DNA of 64,000 nt. It comes from Narcine bancroftii. Taxonomy: Eukaryota. The notes beneath the pieces are model-generated. The model had not been told where the DNA came from. It was given only the letters and a program-made list of their open reading frames with translations, and did not search any database. This document shows positions 11,050 through 24,326 of this stretch, in pieces. Position numbers and translations under genes: made by a program. Each line of letters opens with the position of its first letter. Position 1 is the first letter of the stretch. The DNA lies in assembly GCF_036971445.1 (NCBI RefSeq), contig NC_091478.1, positions 29,016,001-29,080,000 of the forward strand, read 5' to 3'.

Positions 11050-14000
11050 CTTCTTATCAGTTCTGCCACTGGTTCTATTGCTAAAGCGAACAGTGAGGGA
11101 GATAGTGGACATCCCTGCCTAGTTGACCTGCTTAATTTAAATTGGTTCGATTATATATCCATTTACCGTCACCTTTGCCACTGGACCCTTATATAATGCT
11201 TTAATCCAATTAATATATTTCTCTGGTAGGTTGAACCTCTGTAATACTTTGAATAAATAATTCCATTCTACCCTGTTAAAGGCTTTCTCTACGTCTAAAG
11301 CAACAGCCACTGTTGGCATCTTATTTCTTTGTACTACATGGATTAAGTTAATGAACTTAGACATTGTCCGTTGTTCATCTTTTCTTAATAAATCCAGTTT
11401 GATCTAGTTTTACTATTTTTGGTACACAGTCGGCCAATCTGTTTGCTAATAGTTTTGGTATTATCTTATAATCTGAGTTAAGTAGAGATATTGGTATATA
11501 CGATGCTGGTGTTAGTGAATCTTTCCCCGTCTTTGGTATTACTGTAATTATTGCTGTTTTACATGAGTCTGGCAAGTTTTGTGTTTCTTCTATCTGGTTC
11601 ATTACTTCCAGGAGAGGAGGAATTAGTAATTCTGTAAATGTTTTATAGAATTCTATTGGGAGTCCATCCTCCCCAGGTGTTTTATTGTTCGGTAGCTTTT
11701 TTAATACATCTTGTATCTCCTCTATTTCAAATGGTTTTATCAATTTGTTTTGCTCCTCTTCTTGCAATTTCGGTAGTTCAATTTTAGCTAGAAACTCATC
11801 TATTTTGTCTTCTTTCCTTTCGTTCTCAGTTCGGTATAATTGGTCGTAGAATTCCTTAAAGTTTTCATTGATCTCCGTTGGGTTATATGTAATTTGTTTG
11901 TCCTTTTTCCTTGATGCCAATACCGTTCTTTTAGCTTGTTCTGTTTTAAGCTGCCAAGCTAGTATTTTGTGCATTTTTTTCTCCTAGCTCATAATACTTC
12001 TGCTTTATTTTCAAATTATTCTTCTCCACCTTATACGTTTGTAGTGTTTCGTATTTTAATTTTGTCCTCCAATTCTCTTCTTTTTGTTGTATCTTCCCTT
12101 GTTGCAAGTTCTTTTTCTGTACTTACTATTTCCCTTTCCAGCTGTTCTATTTCCCGATTGTAGTCCTTTTTCATCTTGGTTACCTAACTTATTATCTGCC
12201 TTCTGATGAAGGCTTTCATTGCATCCCATAATATAAATTTGTCTTTCACTGATTCCGTATTTATTTCAAAGTACATTTTAATTTGGCGCTCAATAAATTC
12301 TCTAAATTCCTGTCTTTTAAGTAGCATGGAGTTTAATCTCCATCTATATGTTCTTGGTGGGATGTCCTCCAGTTCTATTGCTAATAACAGGGGTTAGTGA
12401 TCAGATAACAATCTAGCTTTATATTCCATTTTCCTAACCTCCCTTGGATATGGGCTGACAACAGGAACAGGTCAATTCTTGAGTATGTTTTATGTCTACT
12501 CTAATAATATTCCTTCCCCTTTGAGTGTTGTCTCCTCCATATCTCCAAAAATTGCATTTCCTGCATTGATTTAACCATAAATTTGGCTACTTTGTTCTTT
12601 CTGCTAGTCTCTTGTCCAGTTTTATCCATCTTTGAATCCAAATTAAACTTAAAGTCCCCTCCTATCAATCTATTCCCCTGCGTATCTACAATCTTCAAAA
12701 ATATATCTTGCATAAATTTTTGATCCTCTTCATTAGGTGCATATATATTGACCAAATTCCAGAGTTCTGAATATATCTGACATTTTATCATTACATATCT
12801 CAAGGTGAGTTGGGAGATTTCCTCCTCTATTTTGATTGGTACATTTTTATTGATTAATATAGCTACACCTCTGTCTTTTGAATTATATGATGCTGCCGTT
12901 ACGTGCCCTACCCAGTCTCTCCTTAATTTATTATGTTCCACTTCAGTTGGATGCGTTTCCTGCTTGAATGCTATATTTATATATTTTTTTCAGTAAATTT
13001 AATAGCCTCTTCCTTTTGATTTGGTTATGTATTCCGTTAATATTTATAGTCATATAGTTCAACATGGCCATCTCATACTCTGTTTACATCTCATTTCCGC
13101 TTCCTCACCACCACCTTTCCCCTTTTCCCCATTTTAATTTCTCAGTTTTCTTTTTATGAACGCACTGTATGACACTTCTAAAACATAAAATACTTCAACC
13201 ACTCCCACATCTAAAATTCCCTTAATCCCAAGTGTCCCGTCCCCCCCTCTCTGAGTCGCCCCTTGTCCCTTGCTGGGCAACCACAACTCCCCTCTCCATT
13301 CGGACTGTGAACCCGTTTGCAAGTGTCAACTGATTTCGCAGTGACTGTTATTCTCTCCCACCCAACCCCCTCCAGAAAAGACATTACAACAAAGCTCCCC
13401 CTCTTTTCTTCTCTTTTTATTTTTCTTTTTTTAAACCACTTTTTCCCCCCTTCTCCCTTACTTCCCTTTTCTTCCCTCCTTTAGTTCTTACTTGTGCATT
13501 ATTTTTACATCTTTATATATAGTTTGTCGTCGTTGTTTGTTCTCGTTACATCTCTTCATCTCTCTTTCTGTCTTGCAGGCGTTCTGCAAATTCTCGTGCT
13601 TTCTCCAGATCCGAAAACAGTCTGTTTTGCTCCCCCGGGATAACTATTTTAAGCACCGCTGGATATCTTAACATAAATTTATTGCCTTTTTTCCATAGAA
13701 TCGATTTTGCTGCGTTAAACTCCTTCCTCTTCTTTAGGAGCTCAAAACTTGTGTGGGTAGAAAAATGTTTATTGACCTTTTGTATTCCAGTGGTTTTTTA
13801 TCTTCTCTAATTCTATTAATTGCCTTCTCCAATATATTTTCTCTTGTCGTGTATCTCAGGAATTTTACTAAAACGGATCTTGGTTTTTGTTGTGACTGTG
13901 GTTTCAGGGCTAATGTTCTGTGTGCCCTTTCTATTTCCATTCCTTCCTGCATTTCTGGCATTCCCAGGACTTTTGGGATCCATTCTTTTATAAATTCTTT

Positions 14001-15069
14001 CATATCTTTGCCTTCTTCGTCTTCCTTAAGGCCCATTATCTTTATATTGTTTCGCCTACTATAGTTTTCCATTATATCCATCTTCTGAGCTAACAACTCC
14101 TGTGTTTCTTTAACTTTTTTGTCACTTTCTTCCAATATTCTTTTTAAGTCGTTCACTTCCATTTCTACCGCCATTACACGTTCTTCCACATTTTCTAATC
14201 CTTTCCCTACATCTGTTATGACCAGCTCTATTCTACTCACTTTTTCTTCTGTACTTTTCATTTCACTAAATTCTACTGTCAACCATTCTTTTAATGCTTT
14301 CATTTGTTCTTGAAAAAAATTTTTTTATTTATGTACTGTCCATTCATTTTACCTCCTATTTCTCTGTGCAGAGCTTGGTGTTCTCCTTCTTCTGTGTCTT
14401 GTCTTGGGTTTGTGTCTTCTATTTCTCTTCCTTGTATCTGTGTCACTTCTGACTTTCTTGTTGAGCTGCTTGTCTCAGTTTGTTGGGTATTTTTTTTTCC
14501 ATGGTGTCTTGATGTTGGTCCTCTTCTTCTGGGCTGGTTATCTGTTGTGTCTCTTGCTTCCTTTTTTCTTTCTCACCCCTCCCTTTCCCATTGCTTTCTT
14601 AATCTTCCAGCTGGGAGCCCTGCTGTCGGGCATCTCTCAGCTGTTCGTGCTGTGGAGGTTCACTCCACAGCTGGTCGCCCCCCCCACCCCCGTTGGTGTT
14701 CTCCTTGTCATGCATGTGCAGTTGTGCACCTCTGTTTGGCTCAGTGAGCCATTTTTGCAGTCCCGCGGTCGGTGGGTCGCGACCCTGCAGGGTCTCCACT
14801 AACCTCGGGGAGCAGGCTCCTCTTTCCACGGCGGGACCCTGCTTTTTCGTGCAGGTAAGGCCTTCACCTTTTTCTTCCGGCGTCTTTCCTTTTTTTCCCC
14901 TTTGTTTTTGGTTTTTCTTTCTTAGGTGCCATTTTCTCCACACCTTTATCTTTTATTTGTTGTGTTTTGTGTATCTGGCTGGGGCTTTGCTTTTTCTTCA
15001 CTTTTTTCTTCTTTTCTGGAGAGGGCTGGTATTCTCCTATCGGCCACTACTCCTTCATGTGACTCCTCT
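11050..15069 (-). mobile_element. L1-clade LINE: 5' UTR, ORF1, APE endonuclease and partial RT; degenerate
   Basis: ORF1 (MENYSRRNNIKIMGL, IERAHR, PRSVLVKFLRY). ORF2 from 13071 (MAMLNYMTININGI; NIYAPN; GGDF; PGEDG; PISLLNSDYK; DVEKAFNRVEW; QGCPLSP). Flanked by the 11-bp direct repeat AATTGTCTAGT. Confidence 0.92.
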
Positions 15070-15549
15070 AATTGTCTAGTGAAGAGTAAAATGTGGTGGG
15101 GAGTTGATGAGATGTGGGGGAATTGAGGGATTAGTGTAAATGTCAGCACACACTCGGCCTAGTTCCATGCCCCTGATGTTGAACTGATTTACATGTTTAA
15201 AGGGTGGATAGATAAATTTGCAGAAGTGGAGGCGGGTATAGAGCAGGGAGACTGGGTTTATCGAATGGCACATCAGCCTTAGCAGGAAACCAGGTGGTGA
15301 GTTGGATGTTATATGGTTTGGGAGGAATGACTGTTCCAGGCCATGGCTGAATTGTTGACCTCTTTTCCCCCTCCACTTCCACCTCCCTTGTGTTGGAGTG
15401 GCAGTGTGCACCAAGTGTTAGATCTCTTTCATTTCTCTTTGTTTTATGAGAATCATTTGAGATTTGCTTTTGAGCAATGTGGTAATCCAGTGAGCTTGCT
15501 TTCCGAAAATCTGTGGAGGCAGTGACGAACGTGTGGGGGATGCAGTTAT

Positions 15550-15727
15550 TAGCCACTTTCAGGTGGCCACAATACCTGACTGTAAAGCAGCCTATTGTAC
15601 TCCTATACCGCTGTTGGGTGGCCACCTGAAAGTGGAGAACCCGGCCAGGAGGTTTACCTACCTAACCCTTCTCCTGTAGGTATAATATCCTGCTCCGAGA
15701 ATCCCCCATTGCACCTGAAAGCAGCTA
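15550..15727. mobile_element. Short MITE-like element (Harbinger-like)
   Basis: Termini TAGCCACTTTCAGGTG / CACCTGAAAGCAGCTA, plus an internal perfect 18-bp inverted copy at 15618-15635. Confidence 0.55.
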
Positions 15728-16024
15728 TTGTAGATGCTTAACACCCAGTGTCAGCAATCTTAAGATTAATCTTGATATTACCGATGTTAAGTTATTGGAG
15801 TGGGTTCCACGTCTGAGAGGATTTGTCAGACTAAATTGCGGTTCAGAACAGTCCATTTATGTTCTTTATTTGAACTTTGAGCATATCCCTCGATGTCTCA
15901 CTTGCAATCCTGCCCCTCTCTGTCCTGGAGTAGTTTTCTGGATATCCCACAGCTACACCAACTTGTTATAGATTTGTGCAGACAGTTTCTTCCTGACTAG
16001 AAATGGCTGGTGATGTTCTTCCAG

Positions 16025-16132
16025 GTAAATCCCCGTGGTCTGGTTCTGCATTTCCTCTCAGGCCTCCTGGGCACCGTGGACTTCAGTCACCGAGATCTAC
16101 ACAAAGTTGGAACCTACCACACAGGCCAAAAG
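16025..16132 (+). CDS. PDCD11: PDCD11 coding exon 7
   Basis: ccag|VNPRGLVLHFLSGLLGTVDF...GQK|gtgagt; 108 nt. Confidence 0.92.
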
Positions 16133-16519
16133 GTGAGTCTATGGAAACTTTGTACATCTCAGCACAACACAGAAGGAACTAGAGGTGAGTCCTCAATACA
16201 TTTGGAAGATAGCTAACTAAATAATCTACTGGTGCCACGTATCATTTAAATTTGTCTGGAAACCACTTCCCAGCCCACCAGCATTCCAACAAACGGGTAA
16301 TTTCAACAGGGAAATCTGGGGTCTTCCTCTCTGACACCCAAGGACTATGAGAAGCTGGTTCAAGGAAATCATGGTCACATGCTGTTTCAACACTACTAAG
16401 GAACTTTGCTCTGTCAGGAAGCAATGTTCCAAAGGCAGATCATGTTGAAGGCAATGATGGGTGCAGTGGACAGCAGGATTGTAGAAGATGTCACCTTGCG
16501 TTTAAGGACTCTATTATAC

Positions 16520-16800
16520 CATAAGACTTGGGAGCAGAAATAGGCCATTTAGCCCATCGAGTCTGCTTTGCCATGAGCTGATCCATTTTCCCACTCAGCC
16601 CCACTGCCCGGCCTTCTCCCCATAACCTTTGATGCTCAGGCTAATAAAGATCCTATCAATCTCTGCATTAAATATACTCAATGCCTGTGGCAACAAATTC
16701 CATAGATTCACCACCCTCTGACTGAAGAAATTCCTCTGCATCTCTGTTCTCAGCAGGCACCCTTCAATCCTGAAGTTGTGCCCTCTTGTCCGAGACTTGC
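16520..16800 (-). mobile_element. CR1-type LINE 3' end
   Basis: RTRGHNFRI...RNFFSQRVVNLWNLLP motif and tail. Confidence 0.75.
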
Positions 16801-17109
16801 CAAGCACCTGTTTATCTTGGGGTTAAGAGAACCTTTGGGGAAAATGGGAAAATTAGTGAGGGAAAGAGCTTGCTTTGTGAGCTGCCATAGACTTGACGGA
16901 CCGAATGTCAGAAGAATTTGTTCAGCAAGTCACGGCAGAAGCTGGTTGTGGTGTGAACCCCATGCTGGTGTGTTGAGAGGCTACAGTGATGTATGTTGCT
17001 GGGAGACTCTGCAGCCTCTGAATCCGAGCTGGCCTCTGCGCTTGATCTTTCTGAGTGTCTGTGTTTTTTTTCTCTCAGCAGTAAGCTGCAAACTCTGCTT
17101 CCCTTCCAG

Positions 17110-17316
17110 GTGAAGGCCTGCGTGCTGTATGTGCAGCCTGATTCAAAGACTGTGCATCTGACGCTGCGACCAGTCTTCCTGAAGCCGGGTATGGTGGTGC
17201 GACAGCCTAGCAGGCCGCCCATTGGTGAGGTTCTCGACCAGTGCACGGTGCTGTGCTACCACAAGGGCGCTGGTGTCACCTTCCAACTGCAGGACGGCTC
17301 GTTTGCCTACTCCCGT
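17110..17316 (+). CDS. PDCD11: PDCD11 coding exon 8
   Basis: ccag|VKACVLYVQP...GSFAYSR|gtgagt; 207 nt. Confidence 0.92.
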
Positions 17317-17371
17317 GTGAGTAACTCCCCCTCATCCTTCAGCACATGGGGCTGCGCCACACTGTCAGTAG

Positions 17372-17822
17372 AGCCCAGTGCGGAGAACTCCACTGGACAC
17401 CAAATTCACTCTTCCTGTGGTTCCCAGTGCTAAGAGCTCCAATAGATGCTTCAGATCCACTCTGCCACCGGTTCACAATGCGGAGACCTACCCCAGACAT
17501 TGTAGATCCACTCTGCCAGTAATTCCCAGTGCCGAGAGCTCCAACTGGATACTGCAGGCCCATTTAGCCAGTGGTTTCCAGTGCTGAGAGTTCCATCGGA
17601 CACTGCAGGCCCACTTTTCCAGTGGTTACCAGTGCTGAGAGCTCTACTGAACACTGCAGGCCCACTCTGCCATTGATTCCAGTGTGGGGAGCATCATCAG
17701 ACACTGAAAACCTGTGGTTCCCAGTACAGAGAGCTCTACAGGACACTGCAGGCCCTCTCTGCCAGTGGTTCCCAGTGAGGAGAGCTCCACTGGACACTGC
17801 AGACCCTCTCTGCCAGTGGTTT
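17372..17822 (+). repeat. ~50-bp minisatellite (~9 degenerate copies)
   Basis: Unit approximately CCCAGTGCTGAGAGCTCCACTGGACACTGCAGGCCCACTCTGCCAGTGGTT. Confidence 0.85.
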
Positions 17823-17927
17823 TGTTTTCTCATTGGAGAAGTTGTAATGGAGCTGCTGTTTGGGGCTGTATTCAATAGGTGAATGCTCTTTGACAATCAT
17901 CAGCTAACATGGTTCTCATCATCCTAG

Positions 17928-18052
17928 GCGTTTCACCTATCTGACACAAAGATGACTTCCATGGCCAGTGTGTTCAGGGAGGGCACCAAGCACCAGTGCA
18001 GGGTGATTGACCATTCACCCATGGAGCAGATGGCCCTGGTGACACTGAGAAG
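17928..18052 (+). CDS. PDCD11: PDCD11 coding exon 9
   Basis: ctag|AFHLSD...HQCRVIDHSPMEQMALVTLR|gtgaat; 125 nt. Confidence 0.9.
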
Positions 18053-18479
18053 GTGAATGACCCATTCTGTTTCTGTGTGCAATCTGTCAGGTGTTAAAAT
18101 GCTCCAGTCTGAGTGTCTCCATGGTGGGATATAATGTGTTACCATATGTGTAGGAGAGAAAGCACGAATAGCATGGGTTAGACAAAGTAAAACTCCCTCT
18201 ACACACATTCCCAGAGCAGAGAACAGCATGTAACTCCACTGTTTAACAAAGCAGGTAGACAAAAGGCAGGCCAGTTTGCTTAATGTCATAGTCGGGGAAA
18301 TGCTCGAAGCATTAACCAAGACTTCTGCATTGAAATGGTTTCATCAGGCAGATGCAGCATGGATTCAGAAATAATTACCACAGGCGGATGTGGTATACAA
18401 GGTAATTGACAATGTGCCACACCAAAGACTTCTGGAAAAGGTGAGGATGTACAGGGTTGGAACGTCTGCAGTTGCTGCA

Positions 18480-18875
18480 TTGCAGGGCAGTACACAGAAG
18501 TGCTGGAAAAGTTCAGCATGTCACCCAGCCTCCATAGGAGGCAAAGGGATATAACCAACGTTTTGGGCCTGACCCCTTCAAGGAATGAGCTAACAGCAGG
18601 AAGGTGTCTGAATAAAAAGGTGGAAAGTGGGGAGAGGGAAGAAGGAGGAGGCAAGAGGTCATGTGTGGATATTGTTAGGAGGGCATAAGAGAAGTTTTAG
18701 GGGGAGTGGTAGTTCTCTGAATGGAGAGGGGAATGGGGAGCTGGAGGAAAGGAGACAAAGGGATAGGGAGAGAGAGAGAGAGAGGGGAGCAGCCTAACTA
18801 AAACTGGAGAAGTCCATGTTAATGCCATCCAATTCGAGAGAACCCTGATGAAATATTGGGTTGATCCTCCAATTG
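18480..18875 (-). mobile_element. Penelope-like remnant
   Basis: Same terminal motif (GCTGGA.AA.TCAGC) and degenerate endonuclease C-terminus as 61654-62460. Confidence 0.45.
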
Positions 18876-18899
18876 GCAGATGGATTTTAGTATGCAATT

Positions 18900-19465
18900 G
18901 TGCAGAGAGAAATGAGAGTGCTTGCACATGAATTGCAGGTGCAGCAGGCAATCAAGAAGACTAATGGAATGTTGTCCTTCATTGCTGGAGGGATTGAATT
19001 TAAGAGCAGGAAGGTTCTGCTGCAAGAGTACAGGGCACTGGTGAGTCCGCACCTAGAGTACTGAATGCAGTTCTGGTTTCCTTACTGGAGAAAGGATGTA
19101 CTGGCTTTACAGGTGATGCAGAGGAGGTTCACCAGGTTGACTCTAGAATTGAATGGGTTATGATTTGGAGAGATTGAGTTGCCTTGGACTTCATCTGCTG
19201 GCATTTCTGAGGATGAAAGCGGAATCTTGTAGGGTCATACAAAATTATGAAAGAAATAGATAAAGATAGAAGCAGGGAGGTTGTTTCCACCGGTAGGTGA
19301 GATGAGAACTGGGGACATAGCCTCAAGATTTGGGGGAATAGATTAAAGAGAGAGATGTGGAGGAGCTGCTTCTCGCAGTCAGTGGTGAATCTAGTGGCAT
19401 TCTCTGCCCAAGGAGCAAGTAGAGGCTGCCTCATAACAGTATTTAAGGCACAGATAGAGAGATAA
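18900..19465 (+). mobile_element. CR1-type LINE fragment
   Basis: Degenerate KKTNGMLSFI...ALVSPHLEY-like RT C-terminus. Confidence 0.7.
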
Positions 19466-19720
19466 AAGAAAGTCCTCCAACAAATTGGACTGTGAAACTT
19501 GCTGTACTCTGCCACCAGAATGCTCCCAGGGCAGAGTCAGCACAGATCAGAGTGTGTGAGCACTGGTCCTCTGCTCTCTGCAGTGATGTGCTATTCTAAA
19601 TTGAGGGAAATGCATTAGTGTTTTGATGTGATGCTCAAGTGGAGATTGAGTTCAAAGCTTTTTGCAATGTTTGAGCCACTGGATACACAAAGCTAATTTA
19701 TTTTGCACTTCCAATTTCAG

Positions 19721-19781
19721 GAAAATTATTGAAGCCCCAATTTTGAGGTACCAAGATCTCCTCCCAGGACAGCTGATTGAG
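19721..19781 (+). CDS. PDCD11: PDCD11 coding exon 10
   Basis: ttcag|.KIIEAPILRYQDLLPGQLIE|gtaagt; 61 nt. Confidence 0.9.
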
Positions 19782-20240
19782 GTAAGTGCATGCTAGGAGA
19801 GTTCCTAACCAGTCAGCCCAGGATATTCCACATCATTCTTATTTCATCCCAAGCTTCCGATAAGCTGGTCTCTCTTTCCTGCTGCTCCCATCTGTGATGG
19901 ACATCAATCCCTGCCTGTGGTTTGAGTATGCCATTTGGCGTGCTGTGCCAGGCACTTCCTCCATGTTTTTCTTGCTGCTTTCACACAACCAACCCAGCGG
20001 ACCAGTCTGATCTTGTTCTTGTCCAGCATCCCTGAACACCAAGTTCCAGCCAGCCTGCTGCCAATTCATATCATTACCCACCAGCCAGAAACTCTGAAAT
20101 ATGGCTGACGTGACTCTTTCCCCCAAACTCTCTCCTCCGCACTGACCTTCACTGAACAGCTAGGTTCCCTGAATGATTCCCAGACGATGCTTGTCTTTAG
20201 GATGCCCAAAATGGGGATTAAGGAGTGGTACCGTCAGCTT

Positions 20241-20625
20241 AGTGTTATATGGCGAGCTCTCCACTGGCCACCGTGACAGAGGTGCACCAAAGAAAAGGTA
20301 CAAGGACTGCCTAAAGAAATCTCTTGGTGCCTGCCACATTGACCACCGCCAGTGGGCTGATAACGCCTCAAACCGTGCATCTTGGCGCCTCACAGTTTGG
20401 CGGGCAGCAACCTCCTTTGAAGAAGACCGCAGAGCCCACCTCACTGACAAAAGGCAAAGGAGGAAAAACCCAACACCCAACCCCAACCAACAAATTTTCC
20501 CTTGCAACCGCTGCAATCGTGTCTGCCTGTCCCGCATCGGACTTGTCAGCCACAAACGAGCCTGCAGCTGACGTGGACTTTTTACCCCCTCCATAAATCT
20601 TCGTCCGCGAAGCCAAGCCAAAGAA
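20241..20625 (+). mobile_element. RTE-clade LINE 3' fragment, apparently inserted in a SINE head
   Basis: VLYGELSTGHRDRGAPKKRYKD...HKRACS*; SINE body resumes at ~20626-20810. Confidence 0.9.
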
Positions 20626-21150
20626 ATTACAGCGGCAGCGACTGAATACACCGGTGTCTGTAAGAAGTTTGTACGTTCCCTTTGAGCCTGCGTGGGTTTT
20701 CCCTGGGGTCTTCGGTTTCATCCCACCCTTCTAAATGTACTGGAATTGTAGGTTAATTGGGATATTTGGGAGGCTTGTGAGCTGGAAGTGCCTGTTACTG
20801 AGCTACACATTTTTAAAAAAAGCTTAAGATTAGTCAACAAAATAAAATACACAAGGGTTCCTTTCCCTGATATTTGCAGTCACCCCTGATTTACCTCTGT
20901 GACCAGTTGTGTTCCACAAATGCACAAGTGTCACCCATTTACCCTTTGATCCTTGGACAGTAATTGTGGCCCAGATGTGTACATTTAGAGATCGTGTGGA
21001 TTCTAAGGGCCATTGAGTAGACAACCTTTGAAATGTCTGTGCATTTTGTTGGAAGCTACCCTGGGTCACGCCAAATGGGCACTCTGAAGTCAAACTAGCC
21101 CTTTTCTGGCAGATTTTATAACATGGCCTTTATGCTTTGTTGCTTTTCAG

Positions 21151-21297
21151 GGTAGAATTACTTGTCTGGAGAAATTTGGGATACTTGTAAAGGTGACAGA
21201 CTACATCCGGGGACTCGTGCCTCTGATGCATCTAGCAGATTTCCCACTGGAGCATCCAGAGAAGATTTACAATGTGGGAGACAAAATTATGTGCAGG
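21151..21297 (+). CDS. PDCD11: PDCD11 coding exon 11
   Basis: ttcag|GRITCLEKFGILVKVTDYIRGLVPLMHLAD...IMCR|gtaagt; 147 nt. Confidence 0.92.
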
Positions 21298-21384
21298 GTA
21301 AGTCTGGTGCAAAGTGAGGGAGGATGTGCAGGTGTGTGAAGTGTTCAACAACCTCCCCCCATCCCCACCACATTGAGAAGGAGA

Positions 21385-21890
21385 AGCAGAAAAGACCACC
21401 CTTCAGGGAAAATCACCAGACCAGCAGACCAGTGAGAGGCTCAGCAGCTGAAGGACCCACACAAACTGGGCTGTTGATGACTTATAGTCGGGGGACCCAC
21501 ATAGGCTGCTGAAGACTGGCTCATGGGAACCGGATATCGGAGTCAGGATTCGAGAGGGTGCTGAGAGCAAAAAGAGCTCCCAAAGGCCCTCAGGTGCTGA
21601 AGGCTTCCTGATCATGTCAGAGGTTTAGATCTGGAGCTCGGGCAGCCAGTGGATCGAACAGGAGTCTGTGCAGCTGCAGAGGCTGCGGGAGCTGGAGGAG
21701 AATCCACGGACACTCCGTGACTCTGAAGGGACTCTCCTTTGCTTCTCTTTCTATCATACCGTAAGAGACACTGGACAACACTAACGGCAACTCTTTATCT
21801 GCCTTACAGCAAAAGTTAAAGTATATTATGTAAACTTTACATTTTCTTTACATATTATTACATTAAAAGAAACTTTGAACCTTGATCGAC
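21385..21890 (+). mobile_element. Interspersed repeat (SINE-like) with LINE-type tail
   Basis: Homologous to 2620-3225. Confidence 0.55.
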
Positions 21891-22339
21891 AATAAAGGGA
21901 ACTTTGATCTATTGCAGTTTTGGCAAGGGGAAGAGCTGGGCTGGGGAGAGGAAACCGCAGAGGTGGTGCAGAAAGTGTTTGTCTTGCTGCTAGACAGCAT
22001 TAAGGACGTGGGGATCATAGTCCGTGAGATTGTCTAGTTGATCAGCTGTATGTGGGGGGGGGGGGGGGGCGGGAGGGGTTCACTCTTCCTAGAGTTCACT
22101 CTTCCTAGTTCTTTGCTCAATGGTCAGGTATTTGGGCAATATGTACATATACAGGGAGCTTGAATTCGAAGGAAATGCTAGAACTTGCCTCCCTGCACCA
22201 TAGAAAGCTGAGGGGGTGACCTTGTAGAAATGTATTAAATCATGAGGGGCACAGATAAGTTAAATAGTCACAGCCTTTTCCCAAGGGCAGGGAAGTTTAT
22301 AAGGGACCTGTGGGGTGCCTTTTTTTTTCACTAGTAATC

Positions 22340-23645
22340 TTTTTTTTTTTCGAAACTTTATTTATTAATTTTAACATATAAAGAAAGTAAGTAATTCACG
22401 TACAGAAAAAATACAAAATAAAGTAATACAAGTATAAAGTAACATAGTTAATACAATACCAATCTCGGTATCTCCCCCTAACAACTAAAGACTAAGACTA
22501 AAAAAAAAACTATTTTTAACCCCTAAACCCCCCCCTCCCCACCCCTACAATAAAAAGTGAAGAATTAATACTATTAGTATAATAATTAAAAAAAATAAAA
22601 AATATATATCTTAAAAAAAAATCAATATATATATATAAAAACAATAAAAAAGGTATTAATTAAGTATTAATTATTAATCCAAAAAATTTTATTATATAAA
22701 AATATATATGAAAAAACAAAAACAAAAAGAACTTAAACGAAAATAATTAATTCAAACTTATTTAAATTGTATATAATCAATAAATGGGGTCCACTTTAAT
22801 TCATAAAAAGACATCTTATCTTGTATAGAAAAAGATATTCTTTCCATAACCAAACAAAACTTCATCTCTGAATACCACCTATCTAAAGACAATACATTTC
22901 TATTCTTCCACGTAATCGCTATACATTTCTTGGTCACTGCCAGCGCTAAGTAAATAAAAGAGATCTGGTAATTATCTAATTCTAAATCAATCAACGGTTG
23001 CATATTCCCTAATAAAAATATATCAGGGTCTAATACAATATGAAGATTATATAGATTATTAAATACAGATTGAATACCTTTCCAAAATTGTTGTAACCGA
23101 TCACACAACCAAACAGCATGTAAAAAAGTACCAGAAACCTGATCACAATGAAAACAAAGATCTGACTTACTAAAACCAAATTTTTTAAATTTTTCGGATG
23201 TTAAATATAATTGATGTATAAAACTATAATTAATCATCGCCAATCTAGCATTAATCAATTTTAGAATACTATTACAGCAAATTTCAGACCAATCTTCTTC
23301 AGTTATTGTTGAATTTAAATCTTTTTCCCATTTCATTTTATCTTTATCCCAATCTATTTTACTTTCACTTTCCAACAAAATACGATACAAACCTGATATA
23401 TAACGCTTTTTTGGAGATGAGAACACGTATTTCTCAAAATCAATTTCAGACAGTAAATTCATTTGACGACCACATACCTGTTTTACAAAAGATCTTAACT
23501 GATAATACACAAATATAGAATGACCACTTATATCAAATCTCTTTTGCAATTCTACAAAAGAACAAAAATGACCTTCTAGAAAACAGTCAGATAAATTATG
23601 TATTCCTTTCTCCTCCCATTGTTTCAAAATAGTATTAGATACCGT
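22340..23645 (-). mobile_element. L1-clade LINE 3' end (AT-rich family) nested in a CR1 fragment
   Basis: 289-aa ORF2 C-terminus with zinc knuckle CFHCDQVSGTFLHAVWLC; AT-rich 3' UTR; AATAAA and polyA at ~22340-22365. Confidence 0.85.
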
Positions 23646-23965
23646 GAAAGGTTGAACACTTCACAGTCATTCAGACAGGTAGATGGATAAGAAAGGTTTA
23701 AAGGGCTACAAGCCGATGGCAGGTAAATGGGATTAGCTTGGTTGCCATGGATATGTTGGACCGAGGAGCCTGTTTCTGTGCTGTAGAGCTCTTTGATCCA
23801 ACTCTCGACATCCATTAGTTTCTTAAGACGTTGATTTTTGCCCAGCCACTGTGACAGTAGCACATAGACCCTGAATAGCTCCCACTGATCGACTGTAGGT
23901 AGCTGTTCCTAGTCTCTCTTTGCCAGGTCCTGTCTGAATTCACTGCATCCTTGTTTCCTTCTCAG

Positions 23966-24217
23966 GTGTTGACGGTAAACGCCAAGGCCAAGAAGGTTAC
24001 ATTAACTCTGAAGAAGACGTTGGTCAGGTCAAAGCTCCGTATTATCACACGTTACGAGGAGGGTGTGCCCGGGGAGGTGGCGCACGGTTACGTTGTGTGT
24101 ATAAGGCCATTCGGCTGCATCATCCGCTTCTACGGTGACGTGCGAGGGCTGGTGCCGCTGCATGAACTGAGTGACCAAGCCTTACCCAGCCTCGAAGAGG
24201 CCTTCTACATGGGTCAG
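23966..24217 (+). CDS. PDCD11: PDCD11 coding exon 12
   Basis: ctcag|VLTVNAKAKKVTLTLKKTLV...FYMGQ|gtgagg; 252 nt. Confidence 0.93.
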
Positions 24218-24326
24218 GTGAGGGAAGACTCCACACGGGAGCAAGCTATATTCCCAGCGTGAGCCACGCTCCTTCATGTTTGCATTTTGGTGTCTTCTAG
24301 TAACCTTTTGTTCCCATCCTCCCCAG

